55,626 bases of DNA, taken from IMG/VR virus record IMGVR_UViG_3300021495_000006, positions 1 to 55,626 of that record. One strand, 5' to 3'. Source of the DNA: a virus. Its lineage: Duplodnaviria; Caudoviricetes. A model generated the notes under the pieces. That model saw only the letters and a list, made by a program, of their open reading frames with translations, ran no database searches and was not told the DNA's origin. Position 1 is the first letter of the stretch. Each line of letters begins with the position of its first letter. A program made the translations under genes and the position numbers. Below, one piece after another: positions 16,973 to 25,274 of the stretch.

Positions 16973-17305
16973 TTAGTAACCAGGTAGCACCAATCGCTGA
17001 GGCGGTGCAATCAACTCTTGCCAGTATTTCCAAGCCAATTCTTGGATATAATTCTTGGGGATGAGTATCTTGACCGCCGTGGCGATTGGCAGGGGCAAAT
17101 AGCCGATGATAGTGTCGTAGAAATACCCCGCTGCCGATTTGACATCATCCTCGGTGACTTTATCCAATTCACCGCTGGCCCATTGCACAAGCCACTCTAG
17201 CGCTTTGTCTATGATCTCGCGGATTTTGTTGTCGCGCCATATCTTAATGGCGTAGAACAGAGCCACTGCCACAATGGGCCAGTAAGTTTGTAACCATTCC
17301 CACAT
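16973..17305 (-). CDS. Holin-like membrane protein
   Basis: MWEWLQTYWPIVAVALFYAIKIW N-terminal TM after GGAGG RBS; in the lysis region. Confidence 0.55.
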   Translation of the reverse strand: MWEWLQTYWPIVAVALFYAIKIWRDNKIREIIDKALEWLVQWASGELDKVTEDDVKSAAGYFYDTIIGYLPLPIATAVKILIPKNYIQELAWKYWQELIAPPQRLVLPGY

Positions 17306-17572
17306 AGTTATTCCTCCCTCTTCTTCTCTCTCCGTATAAGTAGCCTCAATGTCAAACTCCCTTGGGCGTATTCCCGTACTCACTCCTTAAGGTGTGCCAA
17401 GCGTTCCTCACGCTGGCGCTCCCACCACCGCGTATACTAGCGCGGCGGCACTAAACTTATCCTTACCACCCCTGAACCACCCAATTGTAACCCAACTGCT
17501 GCAATGCTGGAAACTTGTAGAGCAACAATAAGCCCAGCACAAACAGCAGCCACCACAATAAGTCCCTCTTGC

Positions 17573-18667
17573 TCATCGTTCCCTCCTTAAATACTCCAAG
17601 TAATTGGCCGCTTCTTGGACATCGTTCATGGGCCAAATGTAATCCTTATCAGGCCAAAAGAAAAGGCACACGGGGGCAATGTCCGCGCCGAAGAAGCCGT
17701 GTTGCCTGGCCCAAGTATCCATTGTCTTATACGTCCCCGGCCTAACCGCCCATCTCTGCTTGCCATGCCGCCAGAAGTTGCCAACGTGTGGCACATGCCG
17801 ATGCTCCACGATGACTACATCCGCAGGTGTTAGGCCAAAGTCGTAAAGCCTCTGGCAGGTGTGCCCCACATTGAGGCGGCTCTCGCCCCAAAACTTGTGT
17901 GTGGCCTCGATGGTGTACTCTTGGCTTCCCAAGTGAAGGTGCATGACGCCAATCTCTTGGACATTGACAACGTGGGCCCTTTCCATTATATTGGCAAACT
18001 GCGGGAGCATTGCCTTTTTCTTTGTCCAGAGTTCGTGATTCCCCACTCTGGCCCACAGGATTTTAGATCGCAGCCGCCCGATGGTATCTTCTAGGAGTTT
18101 CCATTGAGGCGAGGCCAAGATGACCTGCTCCTGCACTCCGCCCAAGAGGAATTCGTCTATGAAGTTGTCCACTTGGTCGCCGCCGATGCCGCAGTACATC
18201 CCATCGGTTTCGGCGATAATCTGAACGTCACGCCGTAGTTGGTCGTAGTCCACGCCGATGCCGCCGATGTGGGTGTCCGCCAGCTCCACAATGCAGATGG
18301 GCCTCTGCTCCCCCGTGAGATCAACCTCCACATTGTCCACGCGCTCGACTTGGTACTTGAGCGCGTTGGCCAATGCCTGGGTTGCTTCCCACACTGCTTC
18401 GGGGTCAAAGGTGCTCACCGTCTCGACAGGACGTATCTTTAGAGCGGCTTTGATAGCTTCCCGGTAGTTGTCGGCGCTGGTGCGCAGGCCAAGCTTTTGG
18501 CATTTACGGTGAATGGCGGCCATAGTCACAGGATGGCCCACAATTTCCTCAATCTCTGGCTTGAGTTGGCTCGGAGCCCGCCCCTGATGGTGGCTCAAAA
18601 GCCATTGCTCCAGCGATTGCTCCCCCAGCGCCTCGTACCTGCCGGGGGTCTTCCAATCGAGCTTCAT
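17573..18667 (-). CDS. Calcineurin-like metallophosphoesterase with N-terminal HTH-like region
   Basis: DTHIG, GGDQVD, GNHE, TH, EHRH motifs. Confidence 0.8.
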   Translation of the reverse strand: MKLDWKTPGRYEALGEQSLEQWLLSHHQGRAPSQLKPEIEEIVGHPVTMAAIHRKCQKLGLRTSADNYREAIKAALKIRPVETVSTFDPEAVWEATQALANALKYQVERVDNVEVDLTGEQRPICIVELADTHIGGIGVDYDQLRRDVQIIAETDGMYCGIGGDQVDNFIDEFLLGGVQEQVILASPQWKLLEDTIGRLRSKILWARVGNHELWTKKKAMLPQFANIMERAHVVNVQEIGVMHLHLGSQEYTIEATHKFWGESRLNVGHTCQRLYDFGLTPADVVIVEHRHVPHVGNFWRHGKQRWAVRPGTYKTMDTWARQHGFFGADIAPVCLFFWPDKDYIWPMNDVQEAANYLEYLRRER

Positions 18668-18682
18668 CGTTTGTCACTCCTT

Positions 18683-18895
18683 TCAGCGGAACAGCCATAC
18701 TGCCAAAGCTGTCCCTACAATGGTGGCAAAGATTGCCCAAAGCATCTTCTTTTGCCATTCCATTTCCGTCTCGAAGCGCGCCTTAAGCGCCTCAAAACGT
18801 GCCTCCAATCGAGCCAGGCGCTCCCTCACCTCCCCCGTTTCATCGTTGAGCCGTGCAATGTGTTTTTCGATGTTAGCTAATCGCGTCTCCTCCAT
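18683..18895 (-). CDS. XhlA-like coiled-coil protein with C-terminal TM (lysis accessory)
   Basis: Heptads then hydrophobic C-terminus. Confidence 0.6.
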   Translation of the reverse strand: MEETRLANIEKHIARLNDETGEVRERLARLEARFEALKARFETEMEWQKKMLWAIFATIVGTALAVWLFR

Positions 18896-18903
18896 GACCG
18901 CTC

Positions 18904-19122
18904 CTAGCATTGTGATAGTATTGCCCTCTTGACTTCGGGCCTGCACCCTGCCGCAATATCCCGCAATGTGACCTCCGCCTCCACGCGCGGCATCCTGTGC
19001 ATCTCCACCTTGCCACCCTCCAAATACAGCGTCAATAAGCAAGGCGGCCCTAGGAAATCAATCAGCGCTTGCTCCGCAACGCTGATGTCCTCATTCTCCC
19101 ACCAAAGCTTCATAGTATTCAA
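18904..19122 (-). CDS. Hypothetical protein
   Basis: Operon packing. Confidence 0.5.
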   Translation of the reverse strand: MNTMKLWWENEDISVAEQALIDFLGPPCLLTLYLEGGKVEMHRMPRVEAEVTLRDIAAGCRPEVKRAILSQC

Positions 19123-19345
19123 CCTTCCCCCGCAGCTCGTCCAACGCCCCCTCTAGCTCCGAGATGTATTCCCTCGCCGCTAATAGGGCCTCTTCAAGCT
19201 GCTGGATCCGCTCCCGCGCCTCCTGCAAGTCGCGTTCGAGATAGGCGTTGTCCTCCTCTAGCTGACGCACCCGAGGTATGTGCGCAACCACCTTATCGCC
19301 GTCCCATAAGGCCTCCATCTTAACCCTCCTTCTTACCAGCGCCAC
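19091..19345 (-). CDS. Coiled-coil hypothetical protein
   Basis: Heptad repeats; probable start MEALW. Confidence 0.55.
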   Translation of the reverse strand: MALVRRRVKMEALWDGDKVVAHIPRVRQLEEDNAYLERDLQEARERIQQLEEALLAAREYISELEGALDELRGKVEYYEALVGE

Positions 19346-20919
19346 GCATGGATGTTATCCCAGTGGCCATCCTCACAGAACAGAAACCCCAATGCGAAAG
19401 CTTGGACTACTAACGGGTGCCCTTGAAATGATAGGTCTCTAATCTCTGGCGTCAAGGGCACGCCCCAGCCCAATGCCCTCGCCTTCTTGGGAAAGGCAAG
19501 AGTAGGATTATAGGGGATTGTCTGCCCGACATATTTGGACCAGTTGTTCCATAGCCAATTGCGGACATATTCCCCACATGCATTGGCATCCATTGCTCCC
19601 TCCGGTATATACGCCTTGGGATAATAGAAAGCCAAAATCTCTCTCCACGACTTGCCCAGTTCGGCCATCCTCTTGGCCCCGCGTTGACAAAGCCGCCCAT
19701 ACCAGCGTCTTCCCTGATACCCCCCTTGCCCTCGGCAATAAGGGCATTGAGGTAAGCCACAAGTTGAAACATATTGGGCAAAATATGCCAAGCCACGCCA
19801 ATCCCGAAGATAAATGCCTCGTGTAGCCGATATGGCCGCATCACTGCGCGGGTCTTTGGCCCAAGGCCGATAAACTTGGCAACATGTCTCTGTGCATAGA
19901 TCGGCCCCGTGGTCACGGTGCTTGCCCCCTCGTTGCACCCAAAACTTGGCATAACTCCGAGCGGCCACTGCTTGGGCCATGAGCGCTTGGGCAGGCCAGC
20001 TAGGATTGACCTCCGCAGGTACCACTCCCCGCAAATACTCCTCAATGTGTAGATTCTGCACTTGGCCATGACTGTCGCGTCGCCACAAGCGGATTGTCTC
20101 TGCGGTCGCTTGTGCATTGCCTTCAGCAGTAATGTAATCCCCCAACAGCATGGCGGCTCTGGAGGAGAGATTAAAACTCTGCCACTTGCTATCCCAAGTG
20201 CCATAGCAATAGACAATGGCACCTTCGACCCAATATTCATCTGTGCGGAGAATGTGGTCTAACTGTTGCAATTGGGCAATGTAACTGTCATCATCGGCGA
20301 AATGGCGGTACCCCCGCTGATTGCAGTCAATGCCACATTCTCCTAAGATGACGGGGATATGATAGCCCGCCGCGTCAAGGAGCTTGCGGTAGCGGAGGGC
20401 CAGCCATTCGGCGCTAGCCAATACCTCCTTGCACCCATACGAGTGATAGCCGAATAGGTCACCCGCCTCCAACGCAGGCCGGAAATAGGGCATCAACTCC
20501 GGCTCTGGATTGCCGACAGCAAAGTTGCCGACAATGGCCCGCAGGCCATACCTCTTAATCTCCTCCGCCCACACCCGTTCAAAGTGGGCCAAGCGCTTCA
20601 TGCTGGCTACGGATTTGGCCACCGGCTCGTTCACGCACTCCCAAGCGTCAATGATACCACCATGATTGTCGCTGAGCCGTTTTATCACCTTCGCCAGTGT
20701 CCGGGCGTTGGCTTCCGCCCAATCCCAGCTATCACCCGGTAACCAACGAGCCAGAATGAGCGTATCAGGTTTAAGCTTCTTAAGCTTGGGCACCCATTCC
20801 ACATAGTCGGCCTCGCCAATCATCACCAACTTGAAGGTGCGGGGCTTGACATCAAGAGCCCAGCTTAATGCCTTGCCGTCGGGGCAAAGCGTTTGTATCC
20901 CCAAGAGGCTTAATCTCAT
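19333..20919 (-). CDS. Endolysin: glycoside-hydrolase-like barrel plus SpoIID/LytB domain
   Basis: WECVNEP, HSYG and ILGECG GH-A-like motifs; EEYLRGVVPAEV..ALMAQAVAARSY, CQVY and EILAFYYP SpoIID motifs. Confidence 0.8.
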   Translation of the reverse strand: MRLSLLGIQTLCPDGKALSWALDVKPRTFKLVMIGEADYVEWVPKLKKLKPDTLILARWLPGDSWDWAEANARTLAKVIKRLSDNHGGIIDAWECVNEPVAKSVASMKRLAHFERVWAEEIKRYGLRAIVGNFAVGNPEPELMPYFRPALEAGDLFGYHSYGCKEVLASAEWLALRYRKLLDAAGYHIPVILGECGIDCNQRGYRHFADDDSYIAQLQQLDHILRTDEYWVEGAIVYCYGTWDSKWQSFNLSSRAAMLLGDYITAEGNAQATAETIRLWRRDSHGQVQNLHIEEYLRGVVPAEVNPSWPAQALMAQAVAARSYAKFWVQRGGKHRDHGADLCTETCCQVYRPWAKDPRSDAAISATRGIYLRDWRGLAYFAQYVSTCGLPQCPYCRGQGGYQGRRWYGRLCQRGAKRMAELGKSWREILAFYYPKAYIPEGAMDANACGEYVRNWLWNNWSKYVGQTIPYNPTLAFPKKARALGWGVPLTPEIRDLSFQGHPLVVQAFALGFLFCEDGHWDNIHAWRW

Positions 20920-22778
20920 TGCTGTTCCCCGAACGGTGTAAGCTGATCCTTGCCTTCGTCCTCTTCAATGGAATCCTGGCAATGTCCAGGGTCAATCTTG
21001 TCCAACAACCAGCAGATAATGCGGTAAAGCTTCACCTTGCCCTTGAATTTCCCAAGCCGACTGGACATTGTTTCGTCAGGGTCGCCGAAGAACAAAGTAT
21101 TGAAGAATTGGTCAATGCTGATACAAAGATTGATGAAGTAGTGCCAGGCGAATGCCTTAACCTTGGCCCACCACGACTTCTTCCTGACCTGCCACTCAAC
21201 AATCACCAACACAATCGTTACCAGCGACAAGACCGGGAACACATTCACGCGAGGCTCTTCAGGCGGTTCATCAAAGACAAAGGGTACGATTTTATCATAG
21301 CCGTCTTCGGCGCTAGTTTGAGGCATCAGTTTGAGGTTCAGCAGCTTCCAAACAACAGGCCCAACATCCTCGAACTCCATCTCGGAAACTTGCGCTCCAA
21401 ACCCAAAATAGAAAACAAAGAATATCATCATATCGCCGCCTTCGAGGATGTCGTTGATGTCCATCGCCCAGGTGAGGTAGAGGCAAGGTACTCCTGCTGC
21501 CTTGGCCTCGATAATCTGAAGCGGCCCATAGAGGTATTCCCACCAGATAGGGGCGAAGTGTTCCGGGTCGTCTCTCATCTTGCGCTCGAATTCCGCCTTG
21601 TGCGTATGCTCCCCTTGGTAGATGGCTTCAATATAAACCTTGAGATAGTCGCGCTCGCCCGGCTTCAAAACCCAGTCAATGTGCCAATAATTGGGGCCAA
21701 AAAGCTGCCGCAAAGCCTGATAACTCACTCCCAGCTTGTGCAGAATATGAGCGGGCCGAATGTGAATACCGTTGACCCGAAGGTTATATTTCCACTGCAC
21801 AAATGCCTGGGTAAACTTAACAAACGGGTCGGTAAACAGCGGCTCGAAGTCCAGGAGTTTGGAATGGCCGGTGAAGAACCACCAAAGCGTATGAGGTATG
21901 GACGGTAAGGCATTATCGAAGTCATAAGTCATCCAGGACATAGGGAGGTGTTCATCTTCCTCCTCGTGATACCACCGAAGGGTATAGCCTATATGCCGCG
22001 CCATCCCCAAATTAACGGCCCGCCACCCGTGGTTGTAATACACCCTATACTTGGCGGCACAGAGGAACCAGCTGCGGAGTTCGTCCCAAAACGCGAAATT
22101 CGCGCCGGGGTAGCCACCCTCTGCCATATCATATAAAACCTGCAAGGTAAGCAACTGACAAAGGATTTCCCCTGTGCCGAAGTTGAGGGCGGAGTGATTC
22201 ATCTCGTGGATAAGGGTGGCCAGAAAGCTATCTTCCCCGCGCATATACTCGCGGAAGAACGACATATTGATGGTAATGCTGCGCTCCAGATAACAATAAT
22301 ATGCGATGGGGAGGTCATAACGCCCACTTCCCTTCTCCGGCCAGAAGAATTTTACCTCGTCCACAGCAACCGGGCGTCCGATAGCCTTCTCATAGGCATT
22401 GATGTATGGAATGATGTCCTCGACCATCTGGAGAATTTCAGCTTCATTCTTCGGGTTGTGTGACCCCTCTAGCTCATAATACATATCGCGCATTGCATCG
22501 GCATATAACGCTGCCTTAAGATAGTCTAACGTTGTGGGCCACTTGATTCCCATCTTGAATGACATCCGCTCCATAAACGGGTCAACGAGATAAACGCCCG
22601 GCTCGGTAATGTATCCGACCTCCGTGTTGTAGCCTTGAAGAGTGCGGTAAGTTAAAATTTCAACCTCGTTTGGCCCCACAACTGTAAGGCCCTGGGCTGT
22701 GAATGTCCCTATGGTCACCAGAAGAACGAGCAACACTCGTATAAATATCTCTTTCACCTTTCTCCTCCCAATACTCAT
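20916..22778 (-). CDS. Membrane protein with HExxH zincin-like domain and C-terminal phage DQ..N..G.PDET.SSR domain
   Basis: N-terminal signal/TM, LATLIHEMNH, second TM, SIDQFFNTLFFGDPDETMSSR...HC. Confidence 0.6.
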   Translation of the reverse strand: MSIGRRKVKEIFIRVLLVLLVTIGTFTAQGLTVVGPNEVEILTYRTLQGYNTEVGYITEPGVYLVDPFMERMSFKMGIKWPTTLDYLKAALYADAMRDMYYELEGSHNPKNEAEILQMVEDIIPYINAYEKAIGRPVAVDEVKFFWPEKGSGRYDLPIAYYCYLERSITINMSFFREYMRGEDSFLATLIHEMNHSALNFGTGEILCQLLTLQVLYDMAEGGYPGANFAFWDELRSWFLCAAKYRVYYNHGWRAVNLGMARHIGYTLRWYHEEEDEHLPMSWMTYDFDNALPSIPHTLWWFFTGHSKLLDFEPLFTDPFVKFTQAFVQWKYNLRVNGIHIRPAHILHKLGVSYQALRQLFGPNYWHIDWVLKPGERDYLKVYIEAIYQGEHTHKAEFERKMRDDPEHFAPIWWEYLYGPLQIIEAKAAGVPCLYLTWAMDINDILEGGDMMIFFVFYFGFGAQVSEMEFEDVGPVVWKLLNLKLMPQTSAEDGYDKIVPFVFDEPPEEPRVNVFPVLSLVTIVLVIVEWQVRKKSWWAKVKAFAWHYFINLCISIDQFFNTLFFGDPDETMSSRLGKFKGKVKLYRIICWLLDKIDPGHCQDSIEEDEGKDQLTPFGEQQ

Positions 22779-23027
22779 GCCTGCTTATGCTCCCAAAGGC
22801 CCCAATCTCATTGGAATGGATCCCAGCGCACCAATTCCCCCCAAGCCGCTTGAAGATGGAATCGCCAAGGGTGGCTATAGGTTTGGCTCACGAGCAATGT
22901 CCGCTTCCCCTCCGCGCTCACAGCCCATACCTCAATGCTTTCGCCCGCTGCACAGAATCCATCTACATGATAGTGGTCTTCGTTCTTAAGCGTATTATGC
23001 CCCTGTTGGAAATTAAATAGCTCCATC

Positions 23028-23468
23028 TCATGCCCCTACAGCTACAACATGCACGGTAAACGTATACTCGCTACTACCAGGATTCTTGACATATATCGTG
23101 GCCGCCGTAGTGGAGCGAGAGACAAGCCGGTCGGCTGTCGGCTCTTGGTCGGCCTGCTCAATGCTATAAATCACCACTGGTGGGTTGCTGAAGGCTGTGC
23201 TCCAACTCACACCTATATAGCCCCCAGTACCGGCCCCCAATGTGATGGTCGTGGTCTTGGCGTCCACACGATAATCCGCCCCCAAGGGCGAACCCAAAGC
23301 GTAAATCCCGCTCCCAAGGCCATGCACTGCCGAATCATCCGCAATGTGGTCGCCCAATGAATACGTCAGGCTAGCAATGGCCGTCACATTGGAAATGACA
23401 TCGGCGCGTAGATTATTGTATTGACTAGCTTGAATTGGGTCGCTAACACTAACATCCGAAGATTGCAC
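23028..23468 (-). CDS. Tail fibre / H-type-lectin-like protein
   Basis: ASQYNNLR N-terminus; WSTAFSNPPVV...VVAVG C-terminus. Confidence 0.6.
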   Translation of the reverse strand: MQSSDVSVSDPIQASQYNNLRADVISNVTAIASLTYSLGDHIADDSAVHGLGSGIYALGSPLGADYRVDAKTTTITLGAGTGGYIGVSWSTAFSNPPVVIYSIEQADQEPTADRLVSRSTTAATIYVKNPGSSEYTFTVHVVAVGA

Positions 23469-23469
23469 G

Positions 23470-23904
23470 CTATCTACCCCTCACTGGTACTCCTAATTTT
23501 TGCTCTAAGGCCCTGTCTAAGTTGGCAATATCCTCTTCATATAAGTCCACCACCGTATAACCCAAGGCTTGGAGGTATTGCCGCTGCAATTCATCCCTGG
23601 CCTGAGCCGCCGGGAATAAGTGCCAAGGCCCCTGCACCCTGATAATCACGGGGCGATCTTGGAGTACGAAATCTACCCTCATCCCCCCCAGTATCCCCAC
23701 ACCGCCCGCATAATTCACCTGCATTTGGAAGCTGATGCCCCGCCGCCTGAGCGCATAGTACACCTTGCGCTCCCAGGAGCTCAGCCGCGCTACCTCGAAG
23801 GGCACAGGCTCCGGCGGTGGCTTCCGCTGCAATGGCTTAGGGCGAATGGCAATTGTCTTGCGTTTTAACAGGCTTCGTCCTCGGCGACTTAAGCTTGACC
23901 TCAT
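23470..23904 (-). CDS. DUF559/Vsr-like endonuclease
   Basis: SSWERKV..L, RVDF, VQGPWH, RD...LQALGYTV. Confidence 0.7.
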   Translation of the reverse strand: MRSSLSRRGRSLLKRKTIAIRPKPLQRKPPPEPVPFEVARLSSWERKVYYALRRRGISFQMQVNYAGGVGILGGMRVDFVLQDRPVIIRVQGPWHLFPAAQARDELQRQYLQALGYTVVDLYEEDIANLDRALEQKLGVPVRGR

Positions 23905-24359
23905 TAGCTCCTCGAGACTGTGTGGGTAATATCCACCAGCATTTCCTTAGCGGATGTTTTTGCTTTGGCCGGTGACACTGCAATATGGGCAATCATAGTC
24001 CCCCCGCTAGGAGCATCAAACAGACCTAGTTCGGAGATCGAACCGATGCTTTCAGCAGTAGTAAAATAGACACGATAAGTCAGCACATTCCCGCTCACAC
24101 TGGCTGCCGTCACAGCCTTGCGTGTGAGTTCATTCCACATGGCTGTGTCGGAGGCATCCACTGTCCCAGTCCCAGTGCCAGTAGCGAGATAGGCCACAGG
24201 ATTAACCCCTGCCGTGCCAATCCAGCGCTCCAACAGGTGATTGAGGCCAGTGTTCACCACCATGTTGGGGTAGACACTTGTTTCCTCCACCCCCGTCTCC
24301 GGGTCGCGTAGTGTGATAGTTGCTACACCTTTTATCCTTAAGCCACCCTCAAATTCCAT
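23904..24359 (-). CDS. Tail fibre base/collar-type structural protein
   Basis: NMVVNTG, YLATGTG, ISELGLF motifs. Confidence 0.7.
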   Translation of the reverse strand: MEFEGGLRIKGVATITLRDPETGVEETSVYPNMVVNTGLNHLLERWIGTAGVNPVAYLATGTGTGTVDASDTAMWNELTRKAVTAASVSGNVLTYRVYFTTAESIGSISELGLFDAPSGGTMIAHIAVSPAKAKTSAKEMLVDITHTVSRS

Positions 24360-24378
24360 CTTGTGCCATCCCCCTCAG

Positions 24379-24449
24379 AGCGGGTAAGGGGATTTGAACC
24401 CCTACCAGCGGGCTGGCAGCCCGATATGCTACCATTACACCATACCCGC
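24379..24449 (-). tRNA. tRNA-Gly(GCC)
   Basis: Acceptor GCGGGTA/TACCCGC, D-loop AATGGTA, anticodon loop CTGCCAG, T-arm AGGGG-TTCAAAT-CCCCT, discriminator U; no CCA encoded. Confidence 0.85.
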
Positions 24450-24454
24450 TAATA

Positions 24455-24952
24455 TTATCCCCATTGCGCAAAATTCCATCGTGAGTTGCCATCCCAATAT
24501 GCCACCTGGCGATAGAGAGAAGCCGCTGCCGCTGTCGCAATCTTGGCCGCGTCTGCGTCTTGGATTTCAAAGCCCGCCCATGCATCCACCATCACCAACT
24601 GCCACACAGGTTGGTATCGCCCCTCGAATTTATAGGGCTGCGTCTGAATGGCCTTGGTGATGATAACCCTATGCCTCTCCCCGTGTCGGTCATGGTAAAT
24701 CACAGGCGTCAAGTCATTAGCACACTCCATAAGGAATTGCTCTTCAGCCGACGCGCCTGTAGCTGCGCTGGCTGTTTCCACCATGCGCAACTGATACACC
24801 GGCTCCTCGCGGCCTTCAAACTTGTATGGATTGAGCTTGCTGAGGCGTGTGACATAGACCGAATGCGTTAGCCCGCTGTGGACATAGATGACCGGCCGTG
24901 TGTCGTCAGCTACCGCCTCCAGAAAGCGCTCCTGCTCCTGTGTCGTCGCCAT
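24455..24952 (-). CDS. Tail protein with two tandem ~70-aa domains (paralog of 30827-31333)
   Basis: Repeated FL...D..PVIY...H.V......Q L.MV pattern. Confidence 0.65.
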   Translation of the reverse strand: MATTQEQERFLEAVADDTRPVIYVHSGLTHSVYVTRLSKLNPYKFEGREEPVYQLRMVETASAATGASAEEQFLMECANDLTPVIYHDRHGERHRVIITKAIQTQPYKFEGRYQPVWQLVMVDAWAGFEIQDADAAKIATAAAASLYRQVAYWDGNSRWNFAQWG

Positions 24953-25163
24953 CGGTATCCCCTTCAGCTTTGCCCATCTCGGCCAGTAAGAATTCCACCT
25001 CCGCTATGCGTCCTTGCATAGCAGCCCAATTGTAAAATGCTTGTCGTTCGGCGTTGCGGAGCCGGGCCAGCCGCTTGCCAAGATCAGGCATGGGCTTAGC
25101 AGCGCCTGCTTCTGAATCCTTTATCTGCTTTTTCTTGGCCATTTTGCTCTCCTCGTCCGCCAC
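24906..25163 (-). CDS. Small coiled-coil protein (possible fibre chaperone)
   Basis: QGRIAEVEFLL; follows the fibre gene. Confidence 0.5.
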   Translation of the reverse strand: MADEESKMAKKKQIKDSEAGAAKPMPDLGKRLARLRNAERQAFYNWAAMQGRIAEVEFLLAEMGKAEGDTDGDDTGAGALSGGGS

Positions 25164-25274
25164 CCCCTGGTTGCTCAGCCTCTAACCCATATTGAAACTC
25201 CAAGCCCCGGATGGCTTCAATGATTCGGACAATCTTTGCCCTTTCTTCCTCATCCATTGTTGCCTTCCACGCAC

